Shown here piece after piece: positions 1 through 9,246 of a stretch of DNA of 64,000 bases. Under the pieces are notes generated by a model, which saw only the letters and a program-made list of their open reading frames with translations, was not told the DNA's origin and searched no databases. Every line of letters begins with the position of its first letter. Within the stretch, counting starts at the first letter, position 1. Position numbers and translations under genes: made by a program. The stretch spans positions 32,245-96,244 of the forward strand of contig DATLYA010000316.1 in NCBI GenBank assembly GCA_035575235.1, given 5' to 3'. This DNA comes from Candidatus Methylomirabilota bacterium. GTDB taxonomy: Bacteria > Desulfobacterota > Binatia > Bin18.

Positions 1-1563
1 TCAGGAGGCAGTTGGGGACCGGAGCTAAAGGCGGCGGGCTATGACATGCTCATCCTGGAAGGCCGCGCTTCTTCTCCTTGCTATCTGTGGATCTACAACG
101 ATCAGGTGGAAATTCGCGACGCCTCCCATCTGTGGGGCAAAACCGTCTGGGAAACTGAAGAACAGCTCAAGACGGAACTCGGCGTGCCGGACACTGTGAT
201 CGCCAGCATCGGTCCTGCCGGAGAAAAACTCGTGCGCTTTGCCTGTATCATGAATGACCTGCATCGCGCGGCTGGACGCTCTGGCGTTGGCGCAGTCATG
301 GGCTCCAAGAACCTCAAAGCTATCGCCGTACGCGGCACGGGCGGGGTCCGCCTCGCCGACCCCAAAGCCTACATGGAAGCGCAGTGGGCGATGAAGACGA
401 AACTGCGCGAGTCGCCAGTCACCTCGCAGGGCCTGCCGATTTACGGCACGGAAGTCTTAGTCAACGTTATTAACGAACACGGCGCGCTGCCGACGCGGAA
501 TCATCAACAAACCGTCTTCGAACAAGCGGAGAACATCAGCGGCGAGACGCTGACCGAGACCCGCCTGGTGTCGAATAAAGCATGCTTCGCCTGCACCATC
601 GCCTGTGGCCGCGTCGCCACACTGCCGGGAGACGCCGCCGGGAAATACATGGTCACCACGCATCCGCATAATTGGAAAATCGCCGGCGAAGGACCAGAGT
701 ACGAAGCGGCCTGGGCCATGGGCGCGGAGTGTGGTGTCGGCGACCTCGATGCGTTGATCAAAGCCAACTGGCTATGCAACGAGCTCGGCATGGACGCAAT
801 CAGCTTTGGCACCACCGTGGCGGCGGCTATGGAGCTTTATGAAAAAGGCGTCGTCTCGCAAACACAAACCGGCATACCGCTGAACTTCGGCAGCGGGGAG
901 GCGCTCATCGCCATGGCGGAGAAAGTCGCCTATCGTGAAGGTTTCGGCACGGAACTCGCCGAAGGTTCAAAGCGTATGACGGAAAAGTTCGGCAGACCGG
1001 AGCTCTTCATGGGCGTGCGGGGACAAGAATTCGCCGCCTACGAGGCCCGCGCGATTCAAGGCATGGGGCTCGGGTACGCCACCTCAAACCGCGGCGCCTG
1101 TCACCTGAAAGCTTATACGGTTGCGGCGGAAATTCTCGGTCTTCCTCGCCAGATGGACCCGCGCGCGACGGAAGGCAAGGCCGAAATTACCAAACTGTTT
1201 CAGGATGCAACCGCCACCGTAGACGCCACCGGACTGTGCCAGTTCTTAACATTCGGCGTCGGACTAGAGGAAATCCTGCCGCAGCTCTCGGCGGCGACAG
1301 GCGTTGCTTACACGATGGAAGACCTGCTGAAGATTGGTGAACGCATCTGGAACCTGGAGCGTTTGTGGAACGAACGTTCAGGCATGACTGGGAAAGAAGA
1401 TACGCTGCCAAAGCGCATTTTGGAAGAGCCGATTCCGTCTGGTCCAGCTAAGGGCCAGGTCAACCGCCTCGGCGAGATGCTGCCGGAATACTACCGACTA
1501 CGCGGCTGGACGGCGGACGGACGGATTACGCCGGAGAAGTTACAGGAATTGGGATTGGCGTAA
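1..1563 (+). CDS. aor: Tungsten-type aldehyde:ferredoxin oxidoreductase (AOR family), 5' end outside window
   Basis: ORF 46..1563, but the same frame is open from nt 1 (SGGSWGPELKAAGYDMLILEG). [4Fe-4S] motif C-x2-C-x3-C (NKACFACTIACG) plus a distal GLCQF Cys. EGPEYEA and SNRGACHLKAY are typical of the AOR C-domain. Confidence 0.85.
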   Translation, partial: SGGSWGPELKAAGYDMLILEGRASSPCYLWIYNDQVEIRDASHLWGKTVWETEEQLKTELGVPDTVIASIGPAGEKLVRFACIMNDLHRAAGRSGVGAVMGSKNLKAIAVRGTGGVRLADPKAYMEAQWAMKTKLRESPVTSQGLPIYGTEVLVNVINEHGALPTRNHQQTVFEQAENISGETLTETRLVSNKACFACTIACGRVATLPGDAAGKYMVTTHPHNWKIAGEGPEYEAAWAMGAECGVGDLDALIKANWLCNELGMDAISFGTTVAAAMELYEKGVVSQTQTGIPLNFGSGEALIAMAEKVAYREGFGTELAEGSKRMTEKFGRPELFMGVRGQEFAAYEARAIQGMGLGYATSNRGACHLKAYTVAAEILGLPRQMDPRATEGKAEITKLFQDATATVDATGLCQFLTFGVGLEEILPQLSAATGVAYTMEDLLKIGERIWNLERLWNERSGMTGKEDTLPKRILEEPIPSGPAKGQVNRLGEMLPEYYRLRGWTADGRITPEKLQELGLA

Positions 1564-1578
1564 GACATGAAACGGAGA

Positions 1579-1655
1579 ACGTGGTGCGTGAATCAGAAGA
1601 CGCGGCAGGACGCTCTTATATTAGGCATCACGTCATACGCATCACGCACCACGTT
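1579..1655. repeat. Intercistronic inverted repeat, ACGCA/TGCGT-rich family, copy 1
   Basis: Perfect 14-nt arms aacgtggtgcgtga (1579-1592) and tcacgcaccacgtt (1642-1655). Surrounded by catcacg/catacgc/tcacgc iterations, between the AOR stop and the next start. Confidence 0.6.
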
Positions 1656-1702
1656 TCACGCGCCACGCAGAAATTTTTCTCTCGTAGCAATGGAGCATAG
1701 TT

Positions 1703-3133
1703 ATGCCACGACATGTCATTATCGGTGGTGGACCGGCGGGGACGGCAGCGATTGAAGCAATCCGGGTGATCGATCACACTTCACCTATTACCCTGATCTC
1801 GGATGAGCCTGCCTACTCCCGTATGGTTCTTCCTTACTATCTTGCGCAAGAAATTCCCGAACCCCACGTCCTGATCGCCGATCAGACGTATTTCGACCGG
1901 CAAAAAGTCGAGGCCAGGCTCAGCGTTCGAGTGCAAAAAGTCAATGCGCAGGCTCGGACGCTCACGCTGAGTGACGGGACAAGCGCGCCGTTTGATACGC
2001 TCCTGATCGCCACCGGCTCCTCGGCGCAACGGCCGCCCATTCCTGGCGTCGATCTTGACGGAGTGTATACGTTCTGGACTTTAGATGACGCCCGTAAGAC
2101 TATCGCCAAAGGCAAAGGCCAACCTGAAGCCGTGCTGGTAGGCGCGGGGTTCATTGGTTTCATTGTGCTCAACGCCATGGCAAAACTTGGCTGGAAACTA
2201 TCGGTCGTCGAAGTCGCCGATCAGGTCTTGCCGCGCATGCTCGACAAACAAGGCGCAACCGCGGTCGAAGGCTGGTTGCGCGCGCGCGGCGTCGCCCTCC
2301 ACACCGGCGCACAAGTCACGGCAATCGAGAAGAACGCAAACGGAAAACTCATACTTTCGCTGAGTACTGGGGCGACACTCTCCACCGATCTTGTCATCCT
2401 CGCCACCGGCATTCAGGCGAACACTGGTTTTCTCGCCGGCTCTGGTATAACCGTAAACGATGGCGTAGTAGTAGACGATCGTATGCAGACCAACATTCCT
2501 GGCGTCTATGCTGCCGGCGATGTCGCCGCCGGACCAGACTTGCTGACTGGCGCGCCGGCCGTGCACGCCATTCAACCCACGGCGGTTGACCATGGCCGCA
2601 TTGCTGGCGTGAACATGGCGGGCAGAGAAACGCATTATCCCGGCAGCTTGCTGATTAACGTCCTTGACGTAGTGAAATTGCACTGCGCCAGTTTTGGCGC
2701 ATGGCGGGAAGATGGACGAGAGGTTACGGTGGTCTCCAATCCCACCCGGCCACTCTATCGCAAATATGTCTGGGAAGGCGATCGTATGGTCGGGGCCTTG
2801 TTCGTTGGTCCGATTGATGATGTCACCATGCTCAATGATGTAGGGATGGCGAAGGGATTCATCCAGACCAAGACGTCGCTCGGCGCATGGGCGAAGTATG
2901 TCCGGTCGCATCCGACAGATTTGCGCCGCGCCTATGTCGCCTGTGAAATAGCGAATACCCTTGTCAAGCAAACACTGCTGGGCGCGCCCGCGCGTGACCG
3001 TGATTACCGGGTCAACGGCTTGAAACCCGTGACCTGGAACAAAGAAACACATAGTTTGCTAGTCGGTTCACGACCGGCGAAGTACACAGAACTGAAGCCG
3101 ACGCCAACGCCGGGACTGGGGAAGAATTTGTAA
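1703..3133 (+). CDS. FAD/NAD(P)-dependent pyridine nucleotide-disulfide-type oxidoreductase (AorC-like partner of AOR)
   Basis: VIIGGGPAGTAA and VLVGAGFIGF dinucleotide-binding motifs, plus YAAGDVAA. Lies directly downstream of AOR. Confidence 0.85.
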   Translation: MPRHVIIGGGPAGTAAIEAIRVIDHTSPITLISDEPAYSRMVLPYYLAQEIPEPHVLIADQTYFDRQKVEARLSVRVQKVNAQARTLTLSDGTSAPFDTLLIATGSSAQRPPIPGVDLDGVYTFWTLDDARKTIAKGKGQPEAVLVGAGFIGFIVLNAMAKLGWKLSVVEVADQVLPRMLDKQGATAVEGWLRARGVALHTGAQVTAIEKNANGKLILSLSTGATLSTDLVILATGIQANTGFLAGSGITVNDGVVVDDRMQTNIPGVYAAGDVAAGPDLLTGAPAVHAIQPTAVDHGRIAGVNMAGRETHYPGSLLINVLDVVKLHCASFGAWREDGREVTVVSNPTRPLYRKYVWEGDRMVGALFVGPIDDVTMLNDVGMAKGFIQTKTSLGAWAKYVRSHPTDLRRAYVACEIANTLVKQTLLGAPARDRDYRVNGLKPVTWNKETHSLLVGSRPAKYTELKPTPTPGLGKNL

Positions 3134-3181
3134 AACGCCTTTCTTTTAATGCTCCTCTCACCTGCAGCCGCTCTACGTCTG

Positions 3182-3222
3182 CCTCCCTCTCCCCTAAGGC
3201 GAGGGGGACAGGGTGAGGGGAG
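3182..3222. repeat. G/C-run palindromic repeat (CCCTC..GAGGG family), copy 1
   Basis: cctccctctcccctaaggcgagggggacagggtgaggggag. Similar to 20779..20818, about 22/28 matches by eye in the core. Confidence 0.4.
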
Positions 3223-3256
3223 TCTTTTATATAAAACATCTTCTGATGAGTCTCCA

Positions 3257-3499
3257 ATGCACATCGAAGTCAAACTCTTCGCCAATCTGCGTAAAAACCT
3301 TCCGCCGGGCTCGTGGGGTGGTAAAGCGCAGCTAACCTTAGAGGACGGCGCCACCATCCAGACGCTTATCGATCAGCTCAAGATCCCCATCGAGCTCGCG
3401 CAAATGGTGCTGGTCAACGGCGAACAGACTCGTGAGTTCGACCGCCCGCTCGCCGACGGCGACACGGTCAGCATCTTCCCGCCGGTGGCGGGAGGGTAA
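3257..3499 (+). CDS. MoaD/ThiS-family ubiquitin-like sulfur-carrier protein
   Basis: 80 aa starting at the internal ATG (MHIEVKLFANLR...). Ends exactly in ...FPPVAGG-stop, the diglycine C-terminus typical of MoaD/ThiS. The upstream part of ORF 3149.. lies in the repeat. Confidence 0.75.
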   Translation: MHIEVKLFANLRKNLPPGSWGGKAQLTLEDGATIQTLIDQLKIPIELAQMVLVNGEQTREFDRPLADGDTVSIFPPVAGG

Positions 3500-3635
3500 T
3501 GGAAGATTTATGAGTGGCTTAGAGTGGTTCATGTTTGGCTGCGCCAGGACAGCACTCATAGCGCTACTTGTACTTTTCTGGAAAGCCACCAGCCACTGAC
3601 CGCCGCTTGATCTATGTTAAGCGGGTGCATGAAGA

Positions 3636-4154
3636 GTGGAGCTGGAGAGGCGTCTGGTTCGTCTAGATACGCGCTTGGAAGCTGAAGCGGCTGAGTTTCT
3701 CGTCCCTGGACATCTGCTGCTCGAACGGATTCCAGCCTACAAAACCTACACGAATATGCCTGGGTACGATCTCGTGGCAGTTAACCCAGACCGAAATCTC
3801 TCGGCAAAGATCCAAGTGAAGAGCCGATGGCGCACGGGGGCGAGTGGCTTTCCCATCCGCAACCTCGATTGTGACTTTGTGGTGTTCTGCCGGCTGAATC
3901 GAGGCACGAAGACAAACCGCGCCACGCTACGGCTGCCGGAGTACTACGTATTGCCGATAGCTGCGGTTCGTACAGCTTACCGCCCAGGCCCATTTAGCAA
4001 GCTGTACTTGCGCGAGATCCCGGAGGCAGAGCAGTTGCGAGAACGCTGGGACCTCATCCGTCAGTTCCTCGGGCTGCCGTCTCCGGAGCCACCGGCTGAA
4101 GAGGATGAGGGCGTCGCCTCAGCCTCGTTAGCCGCTGCGCTACCCTTTACGTAG
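3636..4154 (+). CDS. Hypothetical protein, possible PD-(D/E)XK / Hjc-like nuclease fold
   Basis: GTG start. Pattern E...(GYDLVAV)...(KIQVKSR) resembles the E / D / (E/Q)-x-K nuclease core. No further recognition. Confidence 0.4.
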   Translation: MELERRLVRLDTRLEAEAAEFLVPGHLLLERIPAYKTYTNMPGYDLVAVNPDRNLSAKIQVKSRWRTGASGFPIRNLDCDFVVFCRLNRGTKTNRATLRLPEYYVLPIAAVRTAYRPGPFSKLYLREIPEAEQLRERWDLIRQFLGLPSPEPPAEEDEGVASASLAAALPFT

Positions 4155-4201
4155 CGACGGACTTAGACGTACCCTCAACAGGGAGAAAGGAGGTGTCTCC
4201 A

Positions 4202-4513
4202 ATGCTGAGCGAGCCACGTTACGAGCACATCATGTTGGACGAGGCGCACGTGCCGCTGATCGCGGGGACGCGAGTGAAAGTCATTGAACTCGTGCTCGAT
4301 CATCTCGCCTATGGCTGGAGCCCGAAAGAGCTCCATTTCCAACATCCCCACCCGACGATGGGACAGCTCCACTCAGCGCTGGCCTACTATTGGGATCATA
4401 AAGCTGAGCTGGATCAAGATATAGAACGACGGCTTCAGCTCGTGGACCAATTGCAACAAACCGCACCTTCCTCCCCGCTGATAGAGCGGCTGAAGACCCA
4501 AAGGCTGAGCTGA
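4202..4513 (+). CDS. DUF433 domain protein (antitoxin-like HTH)
   Basis: ...GTRVKVIELVLDHLAYGWSPKELHFQHPHPTMGQLHSALAYYWDHKAELDQDI is the typical DUF433 core. ATG at 4202 is about 8 nt after AAGGAGG. Confidence 0.7.
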   Translation: MLSEPRYEHIMLDEAHVPLIAGTRVKVIELVLDHLAYGWSPKELHFQHPHPTMGQLHSALAYYWDHKAELDQDIERRLQLVDQLQQTAPSSPLIERLKTQRLS

Positions 4514-4533
4514 TGCCCCTTGCCCTCTATGAA

Positions 4534-4566
4534 GATTGCTTCGTCGCTGACGCTCCTCGCAATGAC
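4534..4566. repeat. Single arm of the GTCATTGCGAGG...GAAGCAA repeat family
   Basis: gattgcttcgtcgctgacgctcctcgcaatgac is the reverse complement of the left arm of the element at 29763..29837. Confidence 0.5.
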
Positions 4567-4609
4567 AGCCATCCTGTCTCTTCCGCCTCACGCCTCCTGC
4601 TTCTCGTGT

Positions 4610-5323
4610 TCACCCATCAACGACCGCAATCTCCAACCGCTTGTTGATCTTCCCCTTGCTTTTGTAGTCAGCAATCTTAATGCCGCCCACCTCGCGGGTA
4701 TTCGCCACATGCGTTCCGCCGTCGGCTTGTAAATCCAAGCCGACGATATCCACCACTCGCACCTGCTCAATTCCTTCCGGCAGAAGATTAATTTTCGTAC
4801 GAATCAAATCAGGAATAGCGAACGCTTCTGCGCGCGGCAGAATTTTCACGTGAATTGGTCGGGCGGCAGCCACCTCCTGGTTCACTTTCTGCTCAATCTC
4901 CTCGACTAATTCCCGGCGCATGCGCTCGAACTCAAAATCCATGCGGGCGCGCAGCGGCTCCATATTGCCGCCAGTGACTTGCGCGCCGTAGTCCCGCCAG
5001 ATCACGCCGGCCAGCATATGCAAAGCGGTATGCGTGCGCATCAAAGCGTAGCGCCGGTTCCAGTCAACCGCCCCGGTGACGACAGCGCCAACGGCTGGCG
5101 GCTCGCCTTCAACCTCGTGCCATATTTCCTCGCCGTCTTTGCGCACGTTCACCACAGCCCATTGCTGACTGCCAGCAGACAACAAGCCGTGATCGCAGGG
5201 CTGCCCTCCGCCAGTCGGATAAAACGCCGTCTGGTCGAGCGCGACGCGGTTTTCCTGCACGGCGGTGATGCGCGCGGTAAACTCACGCAGGTATGAGTCA
5301 GTTTGAAACAGCCACACCCTCAT
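4610..5323 (-). CDS. alaX: AlaX-type alanyl-tRNA editing protein (Ser/Gly-tRNA(Ala) deacylase)
   Basis: MRVWLFQTDSYLREF...FYPTGGGQPCDHG...HTALHML...ADGGTHV. This is the zinc-binding HxxxH / CxxxH editing-domain pattern. The internal ATG at 5323 was chosen, because the longer ORF has an Arg/Ala-rich non-homologous head. Confidence 0.8.
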   Translation of the reverse strand: MRVWLFQTDSYLREFTARITAVQENRVALDQTAFYPTGGGQPCDHGLLSAGSQQWAVVNVRKDGEEIWHEVEGEPPAVGAVVTGAVDWNRRYALMRTHTALHMLAGVIWRDYGAQVTGGNMEPLRARMDFEFERMRRELVEEIEQKVNQEVAAARPIHVKILPRAEAFAIPDLIRTKINLLPEGIEQVRVVDIVGLDLQADGGTHVANTREVGGIKIADYKSKGKINKRLEIAVVDG

Positions 5324-5608
5324 GCTTTTGCTCCTCTCCAAGATCCCGGCATTGTAGTCCGCGCACGACGTCACTGAAAGTGCGGCATGGCGTCTCTGGC
5401 GAAGATGGGCATCGCTTGGCGCACTCTCTCCAGAGCAAGCCCAGGCAAATGCATCCCCAAAGCCAGATCGGTGACCCATGTTTCCCGCCGATAGCTTTCA
5501 ATGACACAACGTCCCCTGCTGTTAAGGCAAGCATATCGTTTGCCTGTTCTCTTGCAGAGGATAGGGCGGGCAAGGTAAAGGAAGAACAGTCTCAAAAGGA
5601 GGTAGTAT

Positions 5609-6505
5609 ATGCGAGTTGGCTTTATTGGTTTGGGAAATATGGGCGGTCCCATGGCGTCGCACATTCTCGCTGCCGGACACGCCTTGACAGTCTACGACAC
5701 ACGTCGGGAAGCGGCGAAACCCCACTTAGAGAAGGGCGCGCAATGGGCGGACAGTCCCATGGCGGTCGCCGCCGCCAGCGAGATTGTCTTCACCTCACTG
5801 CCCGGGCCAAAGGAGGTAGAGGCAGTGGCGTTGGGCGAAGGCGGCCTCATGCAAGGCGCGAAGCCAGGGCTGATCTATATCGACTTGTCTACGAATTCAC
5901 CAACACTCATCCGCCGTATCCACGACGTCTATCGCCAACGCGGCCTGCAGGTATTGGACGCGCCGGTCAGCGGCGGTCCGATCGGCGCGCAACAAGCAAC
6001 GCTGGCAGTGATGGTCGGCGGCGACCGTGCGGTCTACGACCGCGTCAAACCTGTACTTGATGCTATTGGCAATAAAGTCTCCTATGTAGGCGGCATCGGC
6101 TGTGGCGCTATCGCCAAACTCGTCCACAATATGATCGGCATCTGCACGCAAGCCATCCTGGCGGAAGGGCTGACATTGGGAGTAAAGGCTGGGGTGGAGC
6201 CAGAAGCGCTGCGCAAAGCCATAGCAGACGGCGCCGTCGGTCAGGGACTGATGTTGAACTACATGGTGCCGAACGTGATCTTCAAAGGAGACTTTGACAC
6301 TGTGCGCTTCGCCTTGCGTCTCGCGCGCAAAGACATTGGCCTTGCCTCTGAGCTTGGCCGCGAATTTGAAGTGCCGTTGAAAGTCGCGAACCTTGTAGAA
6401 CAGGACCTCGTGGAAGCCATGGCGAAGGGATGGGGCGATCGGGATTCGACCGTGCCCTTTCAGATGCAGGAAGAACGCGCCGGAGTCAAAGTGCGCACGA
6501 AGTAA
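5609..6505 (+). CDS. NAD(P)-dependent oxidoreductase, 3-hydroxyisobutyrate / tartronate-semialdehyde reductase family
   Basis: [16 protein letters not shown] Rossmann N-terminus, with family-typical ...DAPVSGG... and ...KLVHNM... motifs. AAGGAGG RBS. Confidence 0.85.
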   Translation: MRVGFIGLGNMGGPMASHILAAGHALTVYDTRREAAKPHLEKGAQWADSPMAVAAASEIVFTSLPGPKEVEAVALGEGGLMQGAKPGLIYIDLSTNSPTLIRRIHDVYRQRGLQVLDAPVSGGPIGAQQATLAVMVGGDRAVYDRVKPVLDAIGNKVSYVGGIGCGAIAKLVHNMIGICTQAILAEGLTLGVKAGVEPEALRKAIADGAVGQGLMLNYMVPNVIFKGDFDTVRFALRLARKDIGLASELGREFEVPLKVANLVEQDLVEAMAKGWGDRDSTVPFQMQEERAGVKVRTK

Positions 6506-6706
6506 TCCGCGCAGTTGAGTTTGCCTTAGACGTCACCCTCACTGATCCTCTCTCTGCTCGCGCCGTCCCCTTCTCTCAGGAAGAGGAGAAAACGGGGGGT
6601 GCAGTTCCGAGCGAGAGCGAAAGGCAACGCTGGGGCCGGAGCGACTGAGGCGGGTTATTAGCCGTTTTCATTAAGCAAATCAACGCCGAATGGCAGGAAA
6701 TGAGGC

Positions 6707-7167
6707 ATGCCGATTCTTATTGTCGCGGAACGCCCAGATACTGTGGAGGCGACAACCCTGATCAGGGAGCTTGATGGGTATCCGGAACCGCTCTATCCCC
6801 AAGAAGGCCGCCACGGACTGAGCGTCGACCAGCTCTCCTGCGCGAGGCCGTCGCCTTTTTTGTTATGCGTCATGAGGAGATTCCAGCCGGGTGTGGAAGC
6901 GTCAAATTGTTTGGCGCAGCGTACGGAGCAATCAAGCGCAGGTACGTGCGGCCCCAGTTTCGCGGGTTAGGGTTGGGCAAGTTCATGCAGCAACATTTAG
7001 CCGCCTATGCCCGGCGCCAGAAAGTCATGGGCTTACGGTTAGAGACCGGGATTTATCAACCCGAGGCCATCGGGTTATATGAACGCTGGGGCTTTCGGCG
7101 CATTCCGCTGTTTAGGGCGTACACAGAAGACCCGCTCAGCGGGTTTTACGAGAAGCGCCTTACATAA
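6707..7167 (+). pseudogene. GNAT N-acetyltransferase interrupted by a 1-nt frameshift near 6836
   Basis: ORF 6707..6970 carries the N-terminal half (..LIRELDGYPEPLYPQEGRHGLSVDQL). ORF 6865..7167, whose frame is open back to about 6835, carries LLREAVAFFVMRHEEIPAGCG...RRYVRPQFRGLGLGK...LETGIYQPEAIGLYERWGF. Together they make one typical GNAT. Confidence 0.6.
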
Positions 7168-7184
7168 AGAAAGGACAACTCCCT

Positions 7185-7775
7185 ATGGCGCATGATCACC
7201 ATCATCACCATAGACGCTCGCCTCACTCTGTCCATGACAAGACCGAGCAGGCTCATCATGCCGGGCCGGATTTCCGCTTTTGTCCGCAGTGCGGCGGTAA
7301 GTTGAAACGGCAGCAGTTCAAACCTCATGAGCCGCACCGGCGAGTCTGTCAGGCCTGTTCATTTATCTTTTATGATGACCCGAAAGTCGCGGCGTGCACG
7401 ATCCCAGTGATCGACGGCAAGGTCGTGCTGCTCAAGCGCGGCATTGAACCGAGTTACGGCAAATGGGTCTTCCCGGGCGGCTTCCTTGATCGGGGAGAGA
7501 AAGTCGAAGCCGCAGCTATCCGCGAAACCTGGGAAGAGGTGAATCTCAAGGTTGAGATTTCGCGACTGCTCAACGTGTACTCTTATCCAGGCTACCCGGT
7601 GATCGTCATAGTGTACCTGGCCGACGTCATCGGAGGCGAGTTACAGCCCATGGATGAAACTCTGGAAGTTCGCACCTTTACCCCAGAGGAAATCCCTTGG
7701 GAAGAACTGGCGTTTATGAGCACGCGGGACGCCTTACGCGATTATCTTACTCAGCTCGGACTCCGGCTTGACTAA
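7185..7775 (+). CDS. NUDIX hydrolase with His-rich N-terminus and zinc-ribbon
   Basis: NUDIX box GGFLDRGEKVEAAAIRETWEEVNL. CPQCGG...CQAC zinc ribbon. N-terminus MAHDHHHHHRR. Confidence 0.85.
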   Translation: MAHDHHHHHRRSPHSVHDKTEQAHHAGPDFRFCPQCGGKLKRQQFKPHEPHRRVCQACSFIFYDDPKVAACTIPVIDGKVVLLKRGIEPSYGKWVFPGGFLDRGEKVEAAAIRETWEEVNLKVEISRLLNVYSYPGYPVIVIVYLADVIGGELQPMDETLEVRTFTPEEIPWEELAFMSTRDALRDYLTQLGLRLD

Positions 7776-7846
7776 GAAAGAACCCCAACTTTTTTTGCTG
7801 CGGCATTTCTGGTAGGGTAGCGCAAATTTTCTCTAGGAGGAACCGC

Positions 7847-8191
7847 ATGGCGGAAACAACGAAAGTCACCGAAGGTGAAGAGATTAGTAAAGCAGTCTGG
7901 CACTACGTCGGGGTTGGCGTCTTATGGCTCTCCCTGATCTTCACAGGCCTGGCATTGGAACGGCTCGGACTGACCTCGAACTACCTCACGAGCGTGATCC
8001 CTGGCGAGGTGAACAGTCTCAAGAGTCGAGTTGACAGCTTAGAAACCGAAAAACGCAAAGTAGCGGATGAAAATCAACGCCTTAAGGGCCTCATTGGTCG
8101 TGAGCAAGCTACCGCCGATGCGTTAAACATCTGCCAGGGCGAGAAGCAAAAGCTTGAGGCCGAACTTAAGCAACTCAAAGGCAGCCACTAA
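7847..8191 (+). CDS. Hypothetical membrane-anchored coiled-coil protein
   Basis: AGGAGG RBS, one hydrophobic segment (VGVGVLWLSLIFTGLAL), then a heptad-like charged C-terminus. Confidence 0.5.
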   Translation: MAETTKVTEGEEISKAVWHYVGVGVLWLSLIFTGLALERLGLTSNYLTSVIPGEVNSLKSRVDSLETEKRKVADENQRLKGLIGREQATADALNICQGEKQKLEAELKQLKGSH

Positions 8192-8301
8192 GCTACGAAC
8201 GTTCAGCCTTCAGCTTCCGACAAAAACATCCATGCAGAAAGAGCGACGATCCCTCACTCGTTCGTTATTGACCGTGTCTGGCTAACCGCTCGACGTTCTT
8301 C

Positions 8302-9114
8302 TTATATCCACTCCCGCCGGCGCCGGATAAATCCCTTTACAACTTCGGCCGTAGTTTCGGGCAGTTCGATATTGAACACATGACTGGCATTGGACAGGAT
8401 GAGTAAGTCTGCGTTGGGAATACGCTGAGCGAGCGTCAGCGAATTTTCCGGCGGCACTAAGCCGTCCTCCTTGCCAGTCACCACTAAAGTCGGCATCGTG
8501 AGCCGAGGTAAGCGATCGTACGTATCATGCCTCTGAATTGCCTGCATCTGCCGCACCATGCCATGTTTGGGCGTCGGATACTGCATGGAGAGTTGATTCA
8601 GCTGAAGCAATACGTCCATATGTTTCTGCATAAACCACGGCGTGACAGCCACCTTGGTCATAATGACCGCGGCTTGCTGGACATCGACGGATTCAATATC
8701 CGCCAGTATCTTCGCCACATCCGGATCTTTTGACAGGACAGCGTATTGTCCGCCACAGTGCGTGCACCCAAGAATAAGCGTCTTTACCCGTTGTGGGTAA
8801 CGTAGAGCAAACTCTTGCGCGATCATACCGCCCATAGAAATACCAAACACATGCGCCTGCTCGATGCCAAGGCTATCAAGCACGCCGGCGGTATCATCAG
8901 CAAACATTTGCATTGAGTATGGCGCATCAGGTTTATCGCTTCGCCCCACTCCTCGATTATCGAACACGATCGTGCGGAAATCGCGCGCAAAAGCCGGCAC
9001 GTTCCAGTGCCAGCCAACGGCGCTGACCGTAAATCCCATAATAAGAATCAAAGGCTCGCCGGCGCCGTGTTCTTCGTAGTACAGGGTAACGCCGTTGGCG
9101 GTAATGTGAGGCAT
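8302..9114 (-). CDS. Alpha/beta-fold hydrolase
   Basis: HG oxyanion region (LILIMGF), nucleophile elbow GISMGG, C-terminal SHVFN histidine. ATG at 9114 after AAAGGA. Confidence 0.8.
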   Translation of the reverse strand: MPHITANGVTLYYEEHGAGEPLILIMGFTVSAVGWHWNVPAFARDFRTIVFDNRGVGRSDKPDAPYSMQMFADDTAGVLDSLGIEQAHVFGISMGGMIAQEFALRYPQRVKTLILGCTHCGGQYAVLSKDPDVAKILADIESVDVQQAAVIMTKVAVTPWFMQKHMDVLLQLNQLSMQYPTPKHGMVRQMQAIQRHDTYDRLPRLTMPTLVVTGKEDGLVPPENSLTLAQRIPNADLLILSNASHVFNIELPETTAEVVKGFIRRRREWI

Positions 9115-9246
9115 GGGTAGTCCTTTCAAAGTGGCAAGTAGCAAGGCATGAGCGGCAAGTGGGAAAGTGACCAGTGAAAAGTTATGGATGAAAACTTAAA
9201 AACCCCGGCCTCTTCACTTGCCACTTTTCATTCCACTCTTCACTGC

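Noticed and set aside
2198-3052. Long antisense or overlapping ORFs. Examples are 2198..3052(-), 5293..6060(+), 12585..13259(-), 20978..21745(+), 23986..24588(+), 44717..45496(-), 54547..55182(+), 60628..61305(+) and 38613..39206(-).
   Set aside because: Each lies opposite to or out of frame with a gene that has clear family motifs. Their translations are Arg/Ala/Gly/Pro-rich, as expected for non-coding frames in GC-rich DNA.
4513-4647. A short ORF (MPLALYEDCFVADAPRNDS...) starts with an ATGA overlap on the DUF433 stop. It could be a degraded DUF5615/PIN toxin partner.
   Set aside because: Its sequence is the reverse arm of the GTCATTGCGAGG...GAAGCAA repeat (compare 29763-29837). It has no PIN-like acidic residues and ends after about 44 codons.
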